NCBI GenBank assembly: GCA_905178155.1
Contig: CAJINV010000003.1
Coordinates: 8,411,444 to 8,475,443, forward strand
Reading direction: 5' to 3'
DNA length: 64,000 bases
From: Amoebophrya sp. A120
Lineage: Eukaryota > Protista > Dinoflagellata
Of the stretch, positions 1 to 13,800 are shown piece by piece (positions within the stretch are counted from its first letter, which is position 1; the number at the start of each line of letters is the position of its first letter). Under the pieces are notes generated by a model. That model had not been told where the DNA came from. It ran no database searches and saw only the letters and a program-made list of their open reading frames with translations. Made by a program: the position numbers and the translations under genes.

Positions 1-542
1 ACTGATGAGAACAGATCAAAAATCTAAAACTAAAAGGCCGGGCGCAAGAGGCCGCGCGCGAAGACGAAGAGGACGGCGGCGAGCCTGAGGCACATGTTGA
101 CGAGGATGCTGCTCTTGTTGATGAGAAGGGCATGGTGTCTTCGTCGGGGCCGCAAGCGCCCGGGAACCAGAGCGAGACGACGTCGACCAAGGTGGCGCTC
201 TCGCAGAAGTCTAACTCAAGGGATCGAACGTCGGAGCAGCTGGAACTGGTACCAGGTGGAGGCCCTCGTGTAGTACGGAGATTACCACGCGGACGCATTT
301 CGACAGCACAGGTTTCGAGCGTGGATAAGATGGCAGTAGACACGTGGATGGCGCAGAACCATTTTTGGACGGACACCGCTATCCCACAGAAAAGTACTTC
401 CATAGTATGAGACGACCAAAGTTGAAAATGAAGTTGTCGTGCTCGCAAATTGATGGCGCCCCTTAGTAGAGCGCTAACCCTAACTCTGTAGTGCGGGGAG
501 CACGAGGACGCGACCAAGAGAGGAAATGTTCTTTCTTGCAGA

Positions 543-3117
543 GTGCTATTTGTACGCAGAATTGTATATGTGTCTGTGTCTTCAGCGATAATGACTAAAA
601 GTAGTACAAAGTTCTTGCTGTTGGGAGCAGAAGCGCAATTTTATATTATAAAGCTGCAAAACCAACACCAACATCAACACAGAAATTGTATTTTTTCTTG
701 TTTTCTGATGCTATCTAGATGTAGATCCACTGTTGGTGGTGCTATGTGTGTACTACGTCTCTGTAGGATAGCCGCTTACAGGTGCCGTCTTCTGCACTCT
801 ATGGACGTGCGGACCCAGGTTTGCGCTGAAGACGGAGGCGGCGGTGTCGTGCGAGGACCGCGTCCTCCTCTAAAGACGTACTTGGATGCTCACGTGCCCG
901 CTCCGTTCGGATCCGCTTTCTCGTTTAGTTCGTCGAGCGACAGTACGCAAGTGAACAAGCGAGCTTATTCTGAAGAAGCCGTGTCGTCCTTCAGCAGCGG
1001 AAAGAAATACACCAGGAGTCCTCGACCGGTGCTGCAAACATGCGCCGATCTGCAAAGGCAGTGCGCCGAAACATACTGGCGCTTTTGGGACCACGAGGAG
1101 CAGCCTGGCGCTAGAGACATCATGACAACTGCAAGAACCCCCGAGGAAGACCAGCAGACGAGTCGGCAGCGTCAGCCCGACGAGCACGACCATCGGCCTC
1201 CACTTTCTGCCGCAGGACACGACGATCACGCGGGTGGTCCTCGTGACCCGCCGCGCCGGCCTATTCTATTCGACCTGATCATTGACGACGGCTTCCACTC
1301 TCCACGCGCGAACTTAGCCAGTTTGAGTTTCTTGTGGCCCTACCTAGGCGCGGAGCCCCTCGGAAGGTATGTGGTTGAGGATTTGACGATGCCCTTCACG
1401 CACGTCGACGAAAATATATAGAGATGAAAAAGGTGATCTTCCCGCGTGTTCTTATCCCTAAGAAAAATCGCGCCATACCGTCGCGATTCGTGGGGTTTTT
1501 TTATTCTAGGCAAGGCCTGGCGTGTCTGAGGCTAACAAAAGCGCCACCGCCCAGGGCTATCCAAAGCTTTCGCCGCGCATCATCCAGAGGGTCGCGCTTT
1601 CGTGCTTAGCGCAGCCCCAGCTCATGCGCCAGGGAACGCTCTGCGCACTGACAGAATAACCGCCGGCCACTGCGTCCAAGTTCGCGCGCCCGGGCGCGAG
1701 CTGATGCCCCACCCAAAGAGCCCCCCCAAGCCGGGGCTACGCCGGCGGTCGCACCGGGCCGCGGCAGTGTGCGCGCCCACTCGTCTCTCTTTGTGTCAGG
1801 CAGCAGATGATGGCCCCTCCGGTGTTGTCTTTGGTGCCTGCGCCGTGCCGTCGGTCCTAAATTAGGACCGGTGGGGCGCTGGCTCCATAAAATGATATGT
1901 ATATGGCTAGGGGACCACGTCCACGAAGCAAAGATGGTGCTTCAGCTGCGCACGTTCCCGCTCGTGCATAGATAAGAACACTACTGCAGCGACCTGCTGT
2001 GGTGTTTTGGGATGAAGCAGAGCTGTAGCTTCGGCTCCAAATGTTCCCGTTCTCGTTTTCTGTTGCTCTTATCCTCCAACTCCGTGCATAGATAAAGAAG
2101 TTCTCATCTATGCACGGAGATGATTGGACGATCAGAATTGAAGCTTCTCCTCCAGATGTTCCCGTTCTGTCAAAAATGCTGTTCTTATCCCTCCTGTTCG
2201 TGCATAGATAAGAACACCATTTTTAGGTCGTTACAAACATGTTCTTAGAGCGGCGTAACAAACTCCAAAAGAGTAGTTGCAGGCCAACTTCTCATCCTTC
2301 CACCCGGCCGGGTGGATGAGAAGTTGGCCTGTCCGCGTCGCCAGCCCATCCGGCTCCGTCCCGTCGTTGCCCCAGATCCCGGATCCCCCAGAACGGTCGT
2401 GTATCTGCAAATATAAACTCACTCTCCCAGAAAACACTCCCACCACCCCATAAATTTGCATATACAACACAGACACTAGCTCCTATTTTCAAACGCAACA
2501 CAGAAGAGATGCCAGTTTCTATAAATGCAATACATCAGAATCAGTTTCTATAAAAGCAATCGGAAGGTATGTGGTTGAGGATTTGACGATGCCCTTCACG
2601 CACGTCGACGAAAATATCGGCAAGGTCACACTTTTCTTGGAAAACATGGTATCGCAAGAAAAAACTGTTTCACTGTAAACTTGTAATGCAGGAAATGTAT
2701 CTGAGAAGTGTTTGTCTTGCTACACATGCAAGACAGTAGATTTTTGCCTGTGTTTTCCTTTAGGGCTCTCGCATGGCAAATTTTTTCTGTGATGTAGAAC
2801 AAGCTTGTGATGCAACACTTGCAAAATCCTTACAGTGAAACACTTTTTTCATGCGATACATGGTTAAGCGAAATTACCAGCTCTGGGGCTGGCGAAAAGT
2901 AGAGGCGAGGACGCCGCAGGACGAGGCGGAGAATTTCACCTGGGAGGAGCACGAGCAGCCCGAAGAGACTGACAAGTTCGTGTTTCTTTATCCGTCACAT
3001 TCATGGTCGTGGCCGACTCTAACGGCGCTAGAATTGTGCGACGATGTAATGATAATTGCGATGAAATTGCAAATTCATAAGTATCTAATGAGTTTGTATT
3101 TTTTTTTTTTGGAGTAG
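543..3117 (+). CDS. Class I SAM-dependent methyltransferase-like gene, interrupted by a 1.14-kb insertion; 5' structure uncertain
   Basis: Motif FDLIIDDGFHS...LWPYL...GRYVVEDL (~1265-1390) is typical of MycE-like/class I methyltransferases. The coding sequence resumes at the duplicated copy 2560-2624, with a probable exon from 2881. Confidence 0.55.
1418..2559. mobile_element. 1.14-kb insertion flanked by a 58-bp direct duplication of host exon
   Basis: 1360-1417 is identical to 2560-2617. Internal repeats of CGTGCATAGATAA occur at ~1963, ~2083 and ~2200, with an inverted copy at ~2106. Tandem CAGTTTCTATAAA.GCAAT at the right end. Confidence 0.7.
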
Positions 3118-3603
3118 TTAATCATGAAACTGTCTGATATGATGTCAGTGTAACGGAGTAGGGTCTTCCAGTTAGTAGCTCGGCTCTGGAGAAAACAAGA
3201 GAGCGCGCTACGCCTTTCACGAAAAAAGAAAGGGAGTACGCACCACATCGTCGACGTAGGTACTTCTTACGCGCAACTGCTAGCAGCTAGTAAGTCGCGC
3301 CAGCATTGATGATCCCTCAGCAATATCCCCCGCAGAAAACGCCCTTTTTCAGCGTTCTCACCAGCCGGACCAGTGGCGGTTCAGTGTTAATACTAGACAA
3401 GACCAGCGCATCCGAGCAAATGATTCCGTCGGTCGAGTTATTCCCTGAAAATCGACCATCTCCATCTATTAATGTCACCAAAAATATCAATATGAATATG
3501 GAAAAGAGGAAAAGCTTCCCGCGCCTGCTTTTGTTATGCAAAAACTGGATGCGGGTGGCGATGGCATGGTGCATTTCCAGGGAATGCGACAATCTCGACG
3601 AGC

Positions 3604-6600
3604 TTGCGCATGAAATGGAGCTCGACAATATTCTTGACCACAAAAATATCCAAGAAAAAAAAAATCGTAATTCTAGCTTCCTCTGTGTTGCAGACCGACG
3701 ATGTAAACAGAAACACAGAGAAGCCTAGTTTGAGTATGACCGGTTGTGATGTGATTTTTTGTAGTAGGCCTAGAAAAGGCAGAGGGACTGGACTCCCTGC
3801 CCTTGCTGGCCGATGTAGTGCTGTCCGTCCAAAGAAATCATTGCAAGTCACACCTACACGATTTTTTTCTTGGATAAAAAAGCTCGACTCGCGATCAACT
3901 TCGGGTGGATTGAGAGCTTCCTCTTCGACAAGTCGGATTGAAATTGCCGATCACGACGCCATCGCTCCGGCCACGACTGTGAATGTTCCTCTTCCTACCA
4001 CGTCATCAAGTTCTGCGAATGCTGGTACCGCTACAACATCACGGCGGAGCCTCGAAAGTGGATCCACAGGGCGCGCAGGAGTAGATCCAGATATCGAGAA
4101 TCTTCATCAGCAACACAAAAATCTCATCAACCACTCGGAAATGCAAGGAAAACAAGTCGAAGAGAATGTGGATTATCCTGCGCCCGGCGCGCCTGTACTA
4201 GCTGCTGCTGTTCGCAGTCAACATAAGACTCTTTACGCGCCTAGTGAGCAGGCCGTAGTACCTCGCGGCAAGCATGTTGATGTGCTTCCGACAGGAGGGT
4301 TCGCTGAAATCAAGGATGATGACACAGACTTCGCCGGGAGTCCGCTCACCGAAGAACTCGCGCTAGCCGTGCAGCCTGTGGACTACGAAAACTTCTGCTG
4401 GGAGCGGCTGGACGGGGGGCGAGCTTTGCTCGAGGGACCGCTTATGCATTTTTGCAAACATCTCATTCTCACCTGGGTCTGGATTGGTGAACCTTGTGTG
4501 CGACTTCTGATGATACTGTTAGGTGGTCTTTTTATTTACCTCGCAGAAACTTGCTCCATCTCATCTGTCGTGTTGCAGAAACGCAAAAACTTGCCCGCTG
4601 CTCGCTAGTACGCATAGCACGAAAGTTTCGCACGGTATACTTAGGAACTTTCAAGCAGCTTTCGCAGAATCAAAATCTGCTATGCTTTTGTCCGCATTCT
4701 AGACCATCTCATCGATCTGTGTAGAAGTCCAAAAAACGGCTCGTGACAAACGCGCGTGCTCTTCCAGACCCAGACACATTTGCAGTGGATACCGCTGCGC
4801 GCACTGCAAAAGCTGCCGGTGACCAAGGACTATCTGGAAACGAGCGGGTATGCGGCCGGCGTGCTGACCCCGGCCCTGTTGCGGGACCCGGTTATGTTGC
4901 GAAAGCTGCAGCAGGGTCTTTTGACGGCTGTACAAGCGCGCCACGCGATCTACGTGCGGCTCGAAAGACAAAAAGTGGTCCATGACCTCCTCAGAGGCCA
5001 GGAGCACCACACACGCTACGTGCTCGGTTATGCCTTGGACGGTCGTTAGCATACAGGGCGGTGAACAAACTCCCGTGAATTTGTATTGCATGGCCTGCAT
5101 CTACTTACTTGAAAATGAAGTAAGCTCAAAGCTGCAAATTAATTGTGGACATGAGCCTAAGCAGCCCACGCAGCTCGAGGCTGCTGCTCGCCTGGTGGCA
5201 CTTGCAGCACCCGGGGAAGTGGTCTTGCAGGGGGGGCCCGCCGGGCTGTGCAGTGCGTATTTCACCCAGGAAGGTGGATTGTGGCAGTGTGATTGTGCGT
5301 AGTTGCCTCTCCTGCAGTACTTCTCCGGAATCGATAGTAGGTCGAAAGGAAGGCCGACGCCTACGCACAGGGGCACTAGTTCAACACGTACGAGGCTCTC
5401 GCGGATTGCGGTTGGCCCGGCTTGGAGCTGGATACCCGGGGACAGCCTCTGGAACGGGAGCCACGATTCGGCGGGCGCTAGCTTCGCCTGCTGTGGCCCA
5501 CAACTCCCCAGGGATCGGGTCTTCTTTCCCCCAGAGCAAGTCTTTTTCGACGTGACCCGCAGGTCAAGAATTCTCTTGGTGAATTTTGAGGATTTTTCTT
5601 TTTGCGACACTTTTTTGAAGCCCCAAAACACGGAGTTTCCCATGCGCTAGCGAATTTTGAACAGGAGCCGGAGGCCAAAATTCACCGGCGCCCTTTTCAA
5701 AATTCACCCCAAAACTCACCGGGCGCCCCTTTTCGACCGTGATAAGCAAACTTTAGCGCAGAAAAGTGCTGAAAAAAGTCCGCAAATAGGCCCTGGAATG
5801 TGGGGCCGAGGGGAAAAGACAAGCGCCCTCTGTTGCCCTCAGCCCGTCTAGATTCTGCCGAAAAGGCCTGGAGAGTTCACGCGCCTGCCGGATAGACGCG
5901 TCAAAGCTCTCGGCCTGGTCCTTTCGCCCTTGCTTTAGCGCCTTCGTCTTGCCTAAAATGTATGTGCTTCGCGGCCCTTGTTTTTGGCATCTTTGCCGCG
6001 GCTGCTGCAGTGCTTGCTCTTCTGCAAGCACAGGAAGACGAAAAGACATGGCCAAAGAACGACGCCCAGGCCATGTCCAGCTGCCCGCCGCATAACTTGC
6101 GAGTTCTGCGGTGTGCAGAACGCTCTTCCCAGAAGGGCGAGAGGGACAATGGCCCGGCAATCTCCTCTGCTATTTGTCATGCAAAATTCACTAGAGATTC
6201 ATCACGTCTCATGCTAAAGACAAAAAGTGGTCCATGACTTCCTCAGAGGCCAGGAACACCACACACGCTACGTGCTCGGACGAGCACAAGCGGGGAGAGC
6301 GGGATCTTCGCAGGATCGTAATGATCGAGCGAACAAAGGCAATGCGGGCACGCCTAGTACCTCCAGGAAAGATCACCGGGGGAAAATTCACGTTGAAGAT
6401 GATCGCGAGGTGGAGCGCACTGTTTTGCGATCCAGTATTAACGAAATCGCCACTGCGGATGAGCAGCGGGAGAGACAGCGTCAGCGTGCGGCACCGCCAG
6501 AACTAGTAGTAGAGTCGGCTTTTCTCAACAGCACTGAGCTATTGCTTGACCTGCGGCGTCAATCACGATTTGTTGCGAAAAATCGAACCTTTGCCAACTG

Positions 6601-6736
6601 CTGCGGGCGCGAGGGACCTGACTTAGACTGCTTTCGCAGTCAGTACAGTCACAAACTGCCGCAAAACTGGAAGACGGACAGTTGGACATACATATACCGG
6701 CTCGTGGTATCCGATGCAGCTGACAGCACTGTGTGA
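3604..6736 (+). CDS. Hypothetical protein gene with one introner (4443-4791) and a 1.19-kb insertion (5028-6215)
   Basis: Removing 4443-4796 joins ALLEGPL|RALQKLPVTKDY in frame. The exon end HHTRYVLG is duplicated at 6216-6279 and continues in ORF 6227-6736. Start uncertain. Confidence 0.5.
4443..4791. mobile_element. Introner/MITE, family A (TIR containing CTGGGTCTGGA)
   Basis: TSD CCGCT/CCGCT; TAT...ATA termini. Confidence 0.8.
5028..6215. mobile_element. 1.19-kb insertion flanked by a 64-bp direct duplication
   Basis: 4964-5027 matches 6216-6279 with 2 mismatches. Confidence 0.65.
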
Positions 6737-7896
6737 TTTTCAAAATGTTCTTCGAGGAATGGAAATTCGAATTGGTGAGGCGCCACATGAACGCGCAACT
6801 TCAGACCTTCTTAATGGGCACGAAGAGAACTCTCGCTTCTTGTTGTTTACTTATTCTTCATCTTCAAGGCTTGTATGTGCCTGCATGTCTTAATCATTGG
6901 ACACGAGCAGCAGGGCAGATTTGTTGTTTCTCTTTCTAGTGGCGTTTTGCGTGCGCCGTCCTCTCGCCCTATTCCTATCACCAAGTTCGAGCATCCTTCC
7001 CTGGAGGAACCGGCTCTTGCTTTCGTCAAACAGCAATGACCAGTAAGAACAGCTTCGAAGAGTTTGTAGTTTGAAAATCGCAACACGCTTTGCATTTGCA
7101 TATGCAGCCCATTGCTGTATTCCCGAAACGATCAGGAGAACTGCTGAGACTTATGTGTATCCCTATCTGAATATCGATTCATTTAAGAAGTAGTCAACGA
7201 AATTCAAATTATGATGAAGCACCAGGAAAGATGCAACATCTTATCAACGAAGCTCAAGTACTAGTGTGCGTGTACTCAATCGAACGCGAGGACCAAGTTA
7301 GAAAATCTTGTGTTATGCCATAACATGATGGGATTACTCGCATGGTCGAGCAACCGAAGCAGATTTTTGCTCCTACCATACTTCTCACACTGTTGTTAAC
7401 CTAGAGTACTGCTCTACCGCACCTCAACGGAAATTAGTCCAAAGAAACCTCGTCCGTTGTTGCTGATCAAGGTTCATCCTTCTCCATCGAAGAAGCCCAA
7501 CATCGTTTCACACGAAAATATTGATATTCGTGCTTGGTCTTGTGTGTCGTTCATGTTGGTACCTCAATGCAACATCGTGATTCTGATACATACTGATCGT
7601 TTCTAAAAAATAAATTGAATCAATACAGTTCGTGCATCGTCTATCTCTGTCTCGATGATGCTTCAGAAGATTGCAAGCAGCGCAATGTCGCAACCACGCA
7701 GATGTTGATACACGTAGAAATAGATGAACATGACGAGCAGGAGAGTTTTCAACATCCATGTGGCTCCGCTTCAAGCAGCATGAGCGCGAAGTCCGAGCAA
7801 TATCATGTTCAGTGTGACGAATGGTAGAAGCCAGCGGGCAGTCTTCCTCGCCTAAGAACAGCATGGAAGGCGACGTCGAGGAGGAGTAGACGCTTC

Positions 7897-10800
7897 TTGG
7901 AGATGCAGATGGAGCAGGATGAAGGAGCCCGTTGGACTTACGGCGAGCAGCGGGTAGCGGACGACCAGGTCCAGGCGTATAAAGATGATACTATCTTCGA
8001 CTACAAGAGCAATAAAATTATGTTGAACAACCACGAGTCTTTGGACTTCGACTTCGTTGCTCAGGTGGACCGGAGTATCGAAACCAGCCTCCTGGCACCT
8101 GATCCCGTGGCCACGCCGATGATGCTGAATATGATGGCAAAGTCGTTGTCCAAGGAGCAAATCGGAGGAGGTCCGCCAGCTCCTTCGGGCGCACAGCAGC
8201 TGCAACAGCTGTCCGCCCTCAGGATGGGATTCGAGGCGAAGATTAAGGAAGTTGAGTTTCTGGAGGAGCAACTGGAGTTGTCAAAGGACCGCGAGGAGGA
8301 GCTCACTCGGGCTCTCACCGTTACAACCGGCGGGACCAATCACCACGCCGCATCAAGTTCTTCCTCCTCGGGCTCGGCACACCACCACCTGCATACAACT
8401 GGGTCCAAAACTCCGTCCGGGGTCGGTGGCGTTTCTGTGTTCGCTCGGGCGCGGAAGTCGCTCACTTCGAAGGAAACCAGTTTGGCCGAAGCCAACCGGT
8501 TTCACCAGCTGTGGGACAGCGCAGAAAGGGAGTTCCGGAAATTGCACGAAGACTTGGAACAAGTTATGCTCGCCATCACGGACAGCCGAGACGTTTTGCT
8601 CGTCGACCAAGACAACTTGGAACTGGTGCGTCTGGGAAAATGCAGCGCGCAGGCGAAGTTGAAGCAGTACGGTCCGGACGGGCACCTGGTCGTTGATGAT
8701 ACTCGAATGAAGAACTCCAAGCAGTCGTCCGCCGCCGACCCAACGAATTTGATGTGGTTGTTGAAAAAACTCCATTCCACTGCCTCTGATCTGAACGTGT
8801 CGCAGAAAGTGCGTTTACTTTTGAGGCATTATCAGATGTGTTACGAGTTTTCCGTGGACGAAATGGAACGCAAAAGCCTGGCTTTACAGGAGAAAAGCAT
8901 CTGGAAAGAAAAAAGGTTGACGGAGAAGGTGCACAATCTGGAAAAGGTACACGATAACGGTAGCGCTTGTAGTACCAGATTGATTTGTAAGTAGGATAGT
9001 ATCCTTGTTGTAGTTCTAGTTAGGTTACTAATACTAGCTAGAGGTAGGCTTCGGATAAATACTTACAAGTATTTCTCTCTCTCTGAAGTTTTCCAACGCG
9101 CCATTCATTGCCTGGTGCCTGCGTGTGGCCGTGCGACACATATGATTTTTCCACACGGAAATAAAACATACCACAGGTCCTCGCCGAAAAAGACGAGCAA
9201 TTCGCCTTAGTCTACAACGAAAACGACTTTCTGAAGAAGAAGGCCCACCCAACCGCAAAGCAGCGTGAAGAAATGCTGAAGCAGAAGCTGCTGCAGTTGG
9301 AGGAAGCAGAGGAAAGACTCCGCGTCTTGGAAGAGATATGGGAGTGTCAGGATCGAAATCGTCACTGTTGAAATAATTTGTGATGCGCAAAACGGATACC
9401 AGTTGGCGCCTAGTTTTCAAGTGGCGCATGACAAATTTTCCTGGCCTCTAAAGCAAGTCTGTCATGCTGTTTCGGGCAAAAGGGCTCCCCTCTGTCATGC
9501 TAATCAGCAACCCAATTCTCGACCCCTGCCAGCACTACAAGAATCTGCCACCCTTGCGTCCTCTGCTATAGTGCGAGTGCCAGTCCCTGAGCTGCATTCT
9601 ATGCAGGGCAAACCATTGTTTCAACTTTGACGATTTCGATCCTGACGCTTCCATAAGAGAGCCGCCTGAAGCGCGAAAAACAGCTCGCGAGCGATCACAT
9701 TCAGCAGGCGTGGCGTAGCAAAAAAGTCAAGGAAATGAAGGAGGATTTGCAGGCGAAGCTGAACCACGCCGAGGAGCTGATCACGCAATACAGTATTAAC
9801 GGAGAACAAGAACACAACTCCAAACCCGACAAAAATCATGGAATCACAACAGCAAACGGAGCCGGTGCCAGCACGTCGTCCCCAGGCCCGAAAAGCCCCT
9901 CCGGAGCCGGGTTATCTACTTCCTTCGGACGGCCGAACAAGGCGAAGGCATCCACGAGCCGCTTCCTGGGCACCACTTCCGCGAGCAGCAGGCAAATCCG
10001 CGAACAGAACGAAAGGCTGGACCAGGAAAATAGAGACTTGCAGAAGAAAAATCACGAACTGCAGGGAAGATTGAAGGAGCAGAGGGAAAACTTCCGGCTG
10101 CAGCTGGAGCAGAAGGACGAGGCCATGGCCTTTTTGAAGAGCCAGGCGGAAAAACTGGAGCGCGACTTGCTCGTGGCACAGACCGAAAACATGCAAGCTC
10201 TCACCGCGATTCGGGAGGAGGCGCTATCAGCGTCGCAATTCCGGAACGATGTCACGCAGAAGGAAAGGGAGCAGAAGCTGCTCGACGAAGCAAAGGAAAA
10301 GTTGGCACAGATGCACGAAGCCCACGTGAAAGAGCTGGAAGATGCGAGGAAGAAACGCCACACGGCCTTTGACGCGGTCTTGGATAAACTTGCGGGGAAC
10401 ATACCGGGGCGGGGAAGCTACTTCACGGAAGAAAGTTACGGAGGAGTAGAGACCACGCTGGAGGAGGTAGAAGAGCAGATGGAACTGATGCGGGATATTA
10501 ACGAGGCAAAGAAGAGTTTGTCGCGCAGCGGTTCCGCCGCTTTCGCAGCCTCTGCCTCGCTTGCACTTGCGTCCAGTTCCGAGACGTTGGCAGGGGCGTC
10601 GCCTTTAGAGCGGCAAAAGCGGAAGAGGGAACAGGAAGAAATCGAAAATGCGTTTTTGGTAAAAAACTCCTCTTCCTCCTCTTCATCTTCCCCTCGTCCA
10701 CAGCAGCCGGCTTCTGCGGTGTTTCAAAGCTCGGGGACCACATTATCAAACACTGCCGCTGATGGTCCTCGTGCCAACAAGTTTGAGAAGACTGAAAGCA

Positions 10801-13800
10801 ACCCTTTTCTCGTCTCCTCCTCGTCTTCCGCAGCCTCCTCTGCAGACGGAGGTGAGGACACAACGACATTTGAAGGTAAAAATGTCGCAGGAGCAGATGC
10901 AGGACGAGGACCACCAGAAGTACCAAAAGATCAGGAACAGGCTCAGACTCAGAGCCTCCAGCAGCTGTCCCAGCGTCAGTATTCAAAAGAGGAACAGCTG
11001 CAGATACTTGACGACGCGAATCGCGACCCGGAACTTCAGCCGATTATTGCGAAGCTGGAGCAGATGCTCGGTCGCAAGGAACTGATTTGGAAAAAGCGGA
11101 TCGAGAGGCAGAAGATCTCTTACGAGAAGCAAAAGCACGAGCTGCAGGTCCTGCGCGACCAGGACTTTCTGCTGATGGAAAAGGAGAAAGAAGATTTGCG
11201 GCACATGGAGCAGAAGAATTACGAGGCTCTTTTCGCGGAAAAAGAAATGCTTGCGCAGGAAAAGAAAGCGCTGGAGGAAAAACTGAGAAAAGCGGAAGAC
11301 GAAATAAACGTCGAGCTGAAGGACAAGGACAAGCGCGAGGCGCTGGAATTCGAAATGCAGCGGTTGAGGGACGACGTGAAAGTGTTACAGGCAGAGAAAC
11401 AACAAATCTCCAAGGAGAGAGACACCCTGTTGAAGGATGTCGGCGCAATGTCCAGCCAAATCACGAGCAGCAAGACGGAGAAAGACTTGGAGATCGCGAA
11501 GGAGGCCGCGGAAAAGGCGATACTGGAAGAAAGGATCACCACGCTGCAGAAGGAACTCGAGCAGCAGTTCAGCAGGCACTTATCCGAAGTCGAGGACTTC
11601 AAGACTCGACAGAGAGCGGGAGAGACAAAGATCGAAAAGGCGAACATGGTATCAACTGTAAAAATGTCTGGGTCTGGAAGATTCTGACACTTGTCATGCA
11701 CGTTTTGCATGAGCCATGATGTCTGTGATGCATACCCTAGCAATACAGATTCTTGAAGATGCGTATTCCGCATGACAAACGCCTTCTCAGCGTAGCAAAG
11801 ATTGCATTTCCTTTGGTACTCATGCAATACAGATTTTTTTGGAATCCAAATGCAGCATCACAAGTTGCATTCTTCCAGACCCAGACATTTTTACATTTGA
11901 TACATGGAAAAAGCGGACTACGAACAGAGGGTGGAGTCGAAGCTGCAATCTTTTCTCCAACAGCAGAAGGAGGAGATATCCTGTGCAAAAGTGTCGTACT
12001 CGTAGTAATCGCAACCATGCATTACAAATTTTTTTCTTAAGGTAAATCCGCATGACAAATTTTATTTCTCATGCTGAGGAAATTTCAATTTGTCATGCAT
12101 TTATACGAGTGCGATACTTTTGCAGTGCATAGGGGAAGAAAAAACACGAAAAGGAAGTGACGGAGCTCGGGAAAAAACTGGAGTTCGAAAAGCAAGAGAA
12201 CGAAAAGCTCAGAAACCAGATGAAGGATCTGGACGAAAACGTGTCCGTATGACAGTGCACAACTACTCCCCCTTGTTCCCCCTCATTTGTCATGCAAAAT
12301 CCCAAAGCCAGCCGCTGCCTTGTGGCACCGGGAGCGGGTGTCCACTACATGATGATGATGATGATGATGATGGCACTGCTTGCATCACGAAGCCCAACTA
12401 GAAGTACTACACTAAGCGCATAAATTTGTCCTGCACAGGCTCCATGATGTGTGCTGGTGTTTGTATTGCTGTTGATGCCATACAAATGAGGAGGAGGGGG
12501 AGTTCTTGTGCACTCTCATAGTCCGCTACCGTGGAAGCGATGACCGCTGGCGCGTCGGAGATGTCGACCCTGAGCGAGAAGCTCCACGAGCTGGAGCAGG
12601 CGAACCGAAAGCAATATGAGGAGGTGCTGGCGCTGCGCAAGGAGAAAAACGAACTGCAGGAGAAGTTCCACTTTCAGACGTCCAAGCTAGAAAAATCCGG
12701 CAAAGCCGGGTGGCGCGTTTGCGACATCTTGGCGAGAATCGTCTCCGAAGTCACCACTTTCGACGACTTGTCCTATGTGCAGCGCGGCGGCTCGTCCTCG
12801 CTGAAGGACCACAGGAACCCCGCCGCCGGGGCACCGATGCTCTTTTACGCCGACCGGGACGCGGACGAGGAAGAGGGTTCTTTACCACTGCACCCGTCGA
12901 AGGCTCTACTGCGAAAGTTGAAGGAGTGGCACGAAGTGAGCGAGCAGCAGGACGAGCAGGAGCGCGGTGGAGGTGATTCTGATTCGGCGACATTCAATAC
13001 GGTGAAACACGACCACGAAGAGGAGAAAAACGAGCTGCAACGGCAAAGTTCTCTGCTCCACGCAATCGAAGGGCATGCGTCGGAACTGCATAAATCCGAG
13101 GTGGCGGGCGTGATTCGGGCGAAGTTGGCAGAGTTTGAGGAACTGTCGAAGTACATTCGCAGGCAGCAGAAACGGGCACAGGAGATTAGCGTACGCGTAG
13201 CATCTTCGCAGCCGACTGGCGGGTCTTGCTGGGAGGGTCGTCGTGCTCCTTCAGCAGCGCCAGCGAGTGGAAACAAAGAAGGTGCTCCTGAAAGTAACGC
13301 ACTTGGTCTCCTGGAGGAACAGGAAGTAGAGAGAGACAAGGATGTTGGCAGCACCAATCTGAAGAACCGCGACAGAATGGACTCTGCGGAGCAGGAGTTA
13401 GCTCTCGTCGCGTCCCTTTTGGATCGCACACTTAGCCTCGCAGCTGGAGACAACTTCAACTATCTGAATCCGAGAAGCGCGGGGGCGGGCAGTCCCTCAC
13501 GACCACCAGGTGCCTTCCCAGCAACCTCGAGTAGTACAACGACCCACAACGAGGGAATCCAAATTTTGCAGCAGATCTTTGAGAAGTTCCGAACGGAGGT
13601 GCAGCAGTTGGACGAGAAACTGCGAGACCGGGAGTTGGAAAAAGGGTTTCTCGGCACGGAGGCGAGCCAGCTGAAGGTCCAGCTGGAGAACCAAAACCAC
13701 ACGTTTCTCGCGTTCCAGCACAGCTTGAAGGAGGAAAAGGCGCTGCGGCAAGCAGCGGACGACAGAATCTCTGCCGTTTTGGCCGCTCAACAGAAGGTGC

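Noticed and set aside
5130-5650. Cytosine methyltransferase fragment (GPQLPRDRVFF)
   Set aside because: Only a weak single-motif resemblance; no other C5-MTase motifs seen.
11646-11906. 3-bp TSD model for the introners
   Set aside because: Extending the repeat one base each side gives perfect 5-mers in >20 cases and a uniform TAT...ATA terminus.
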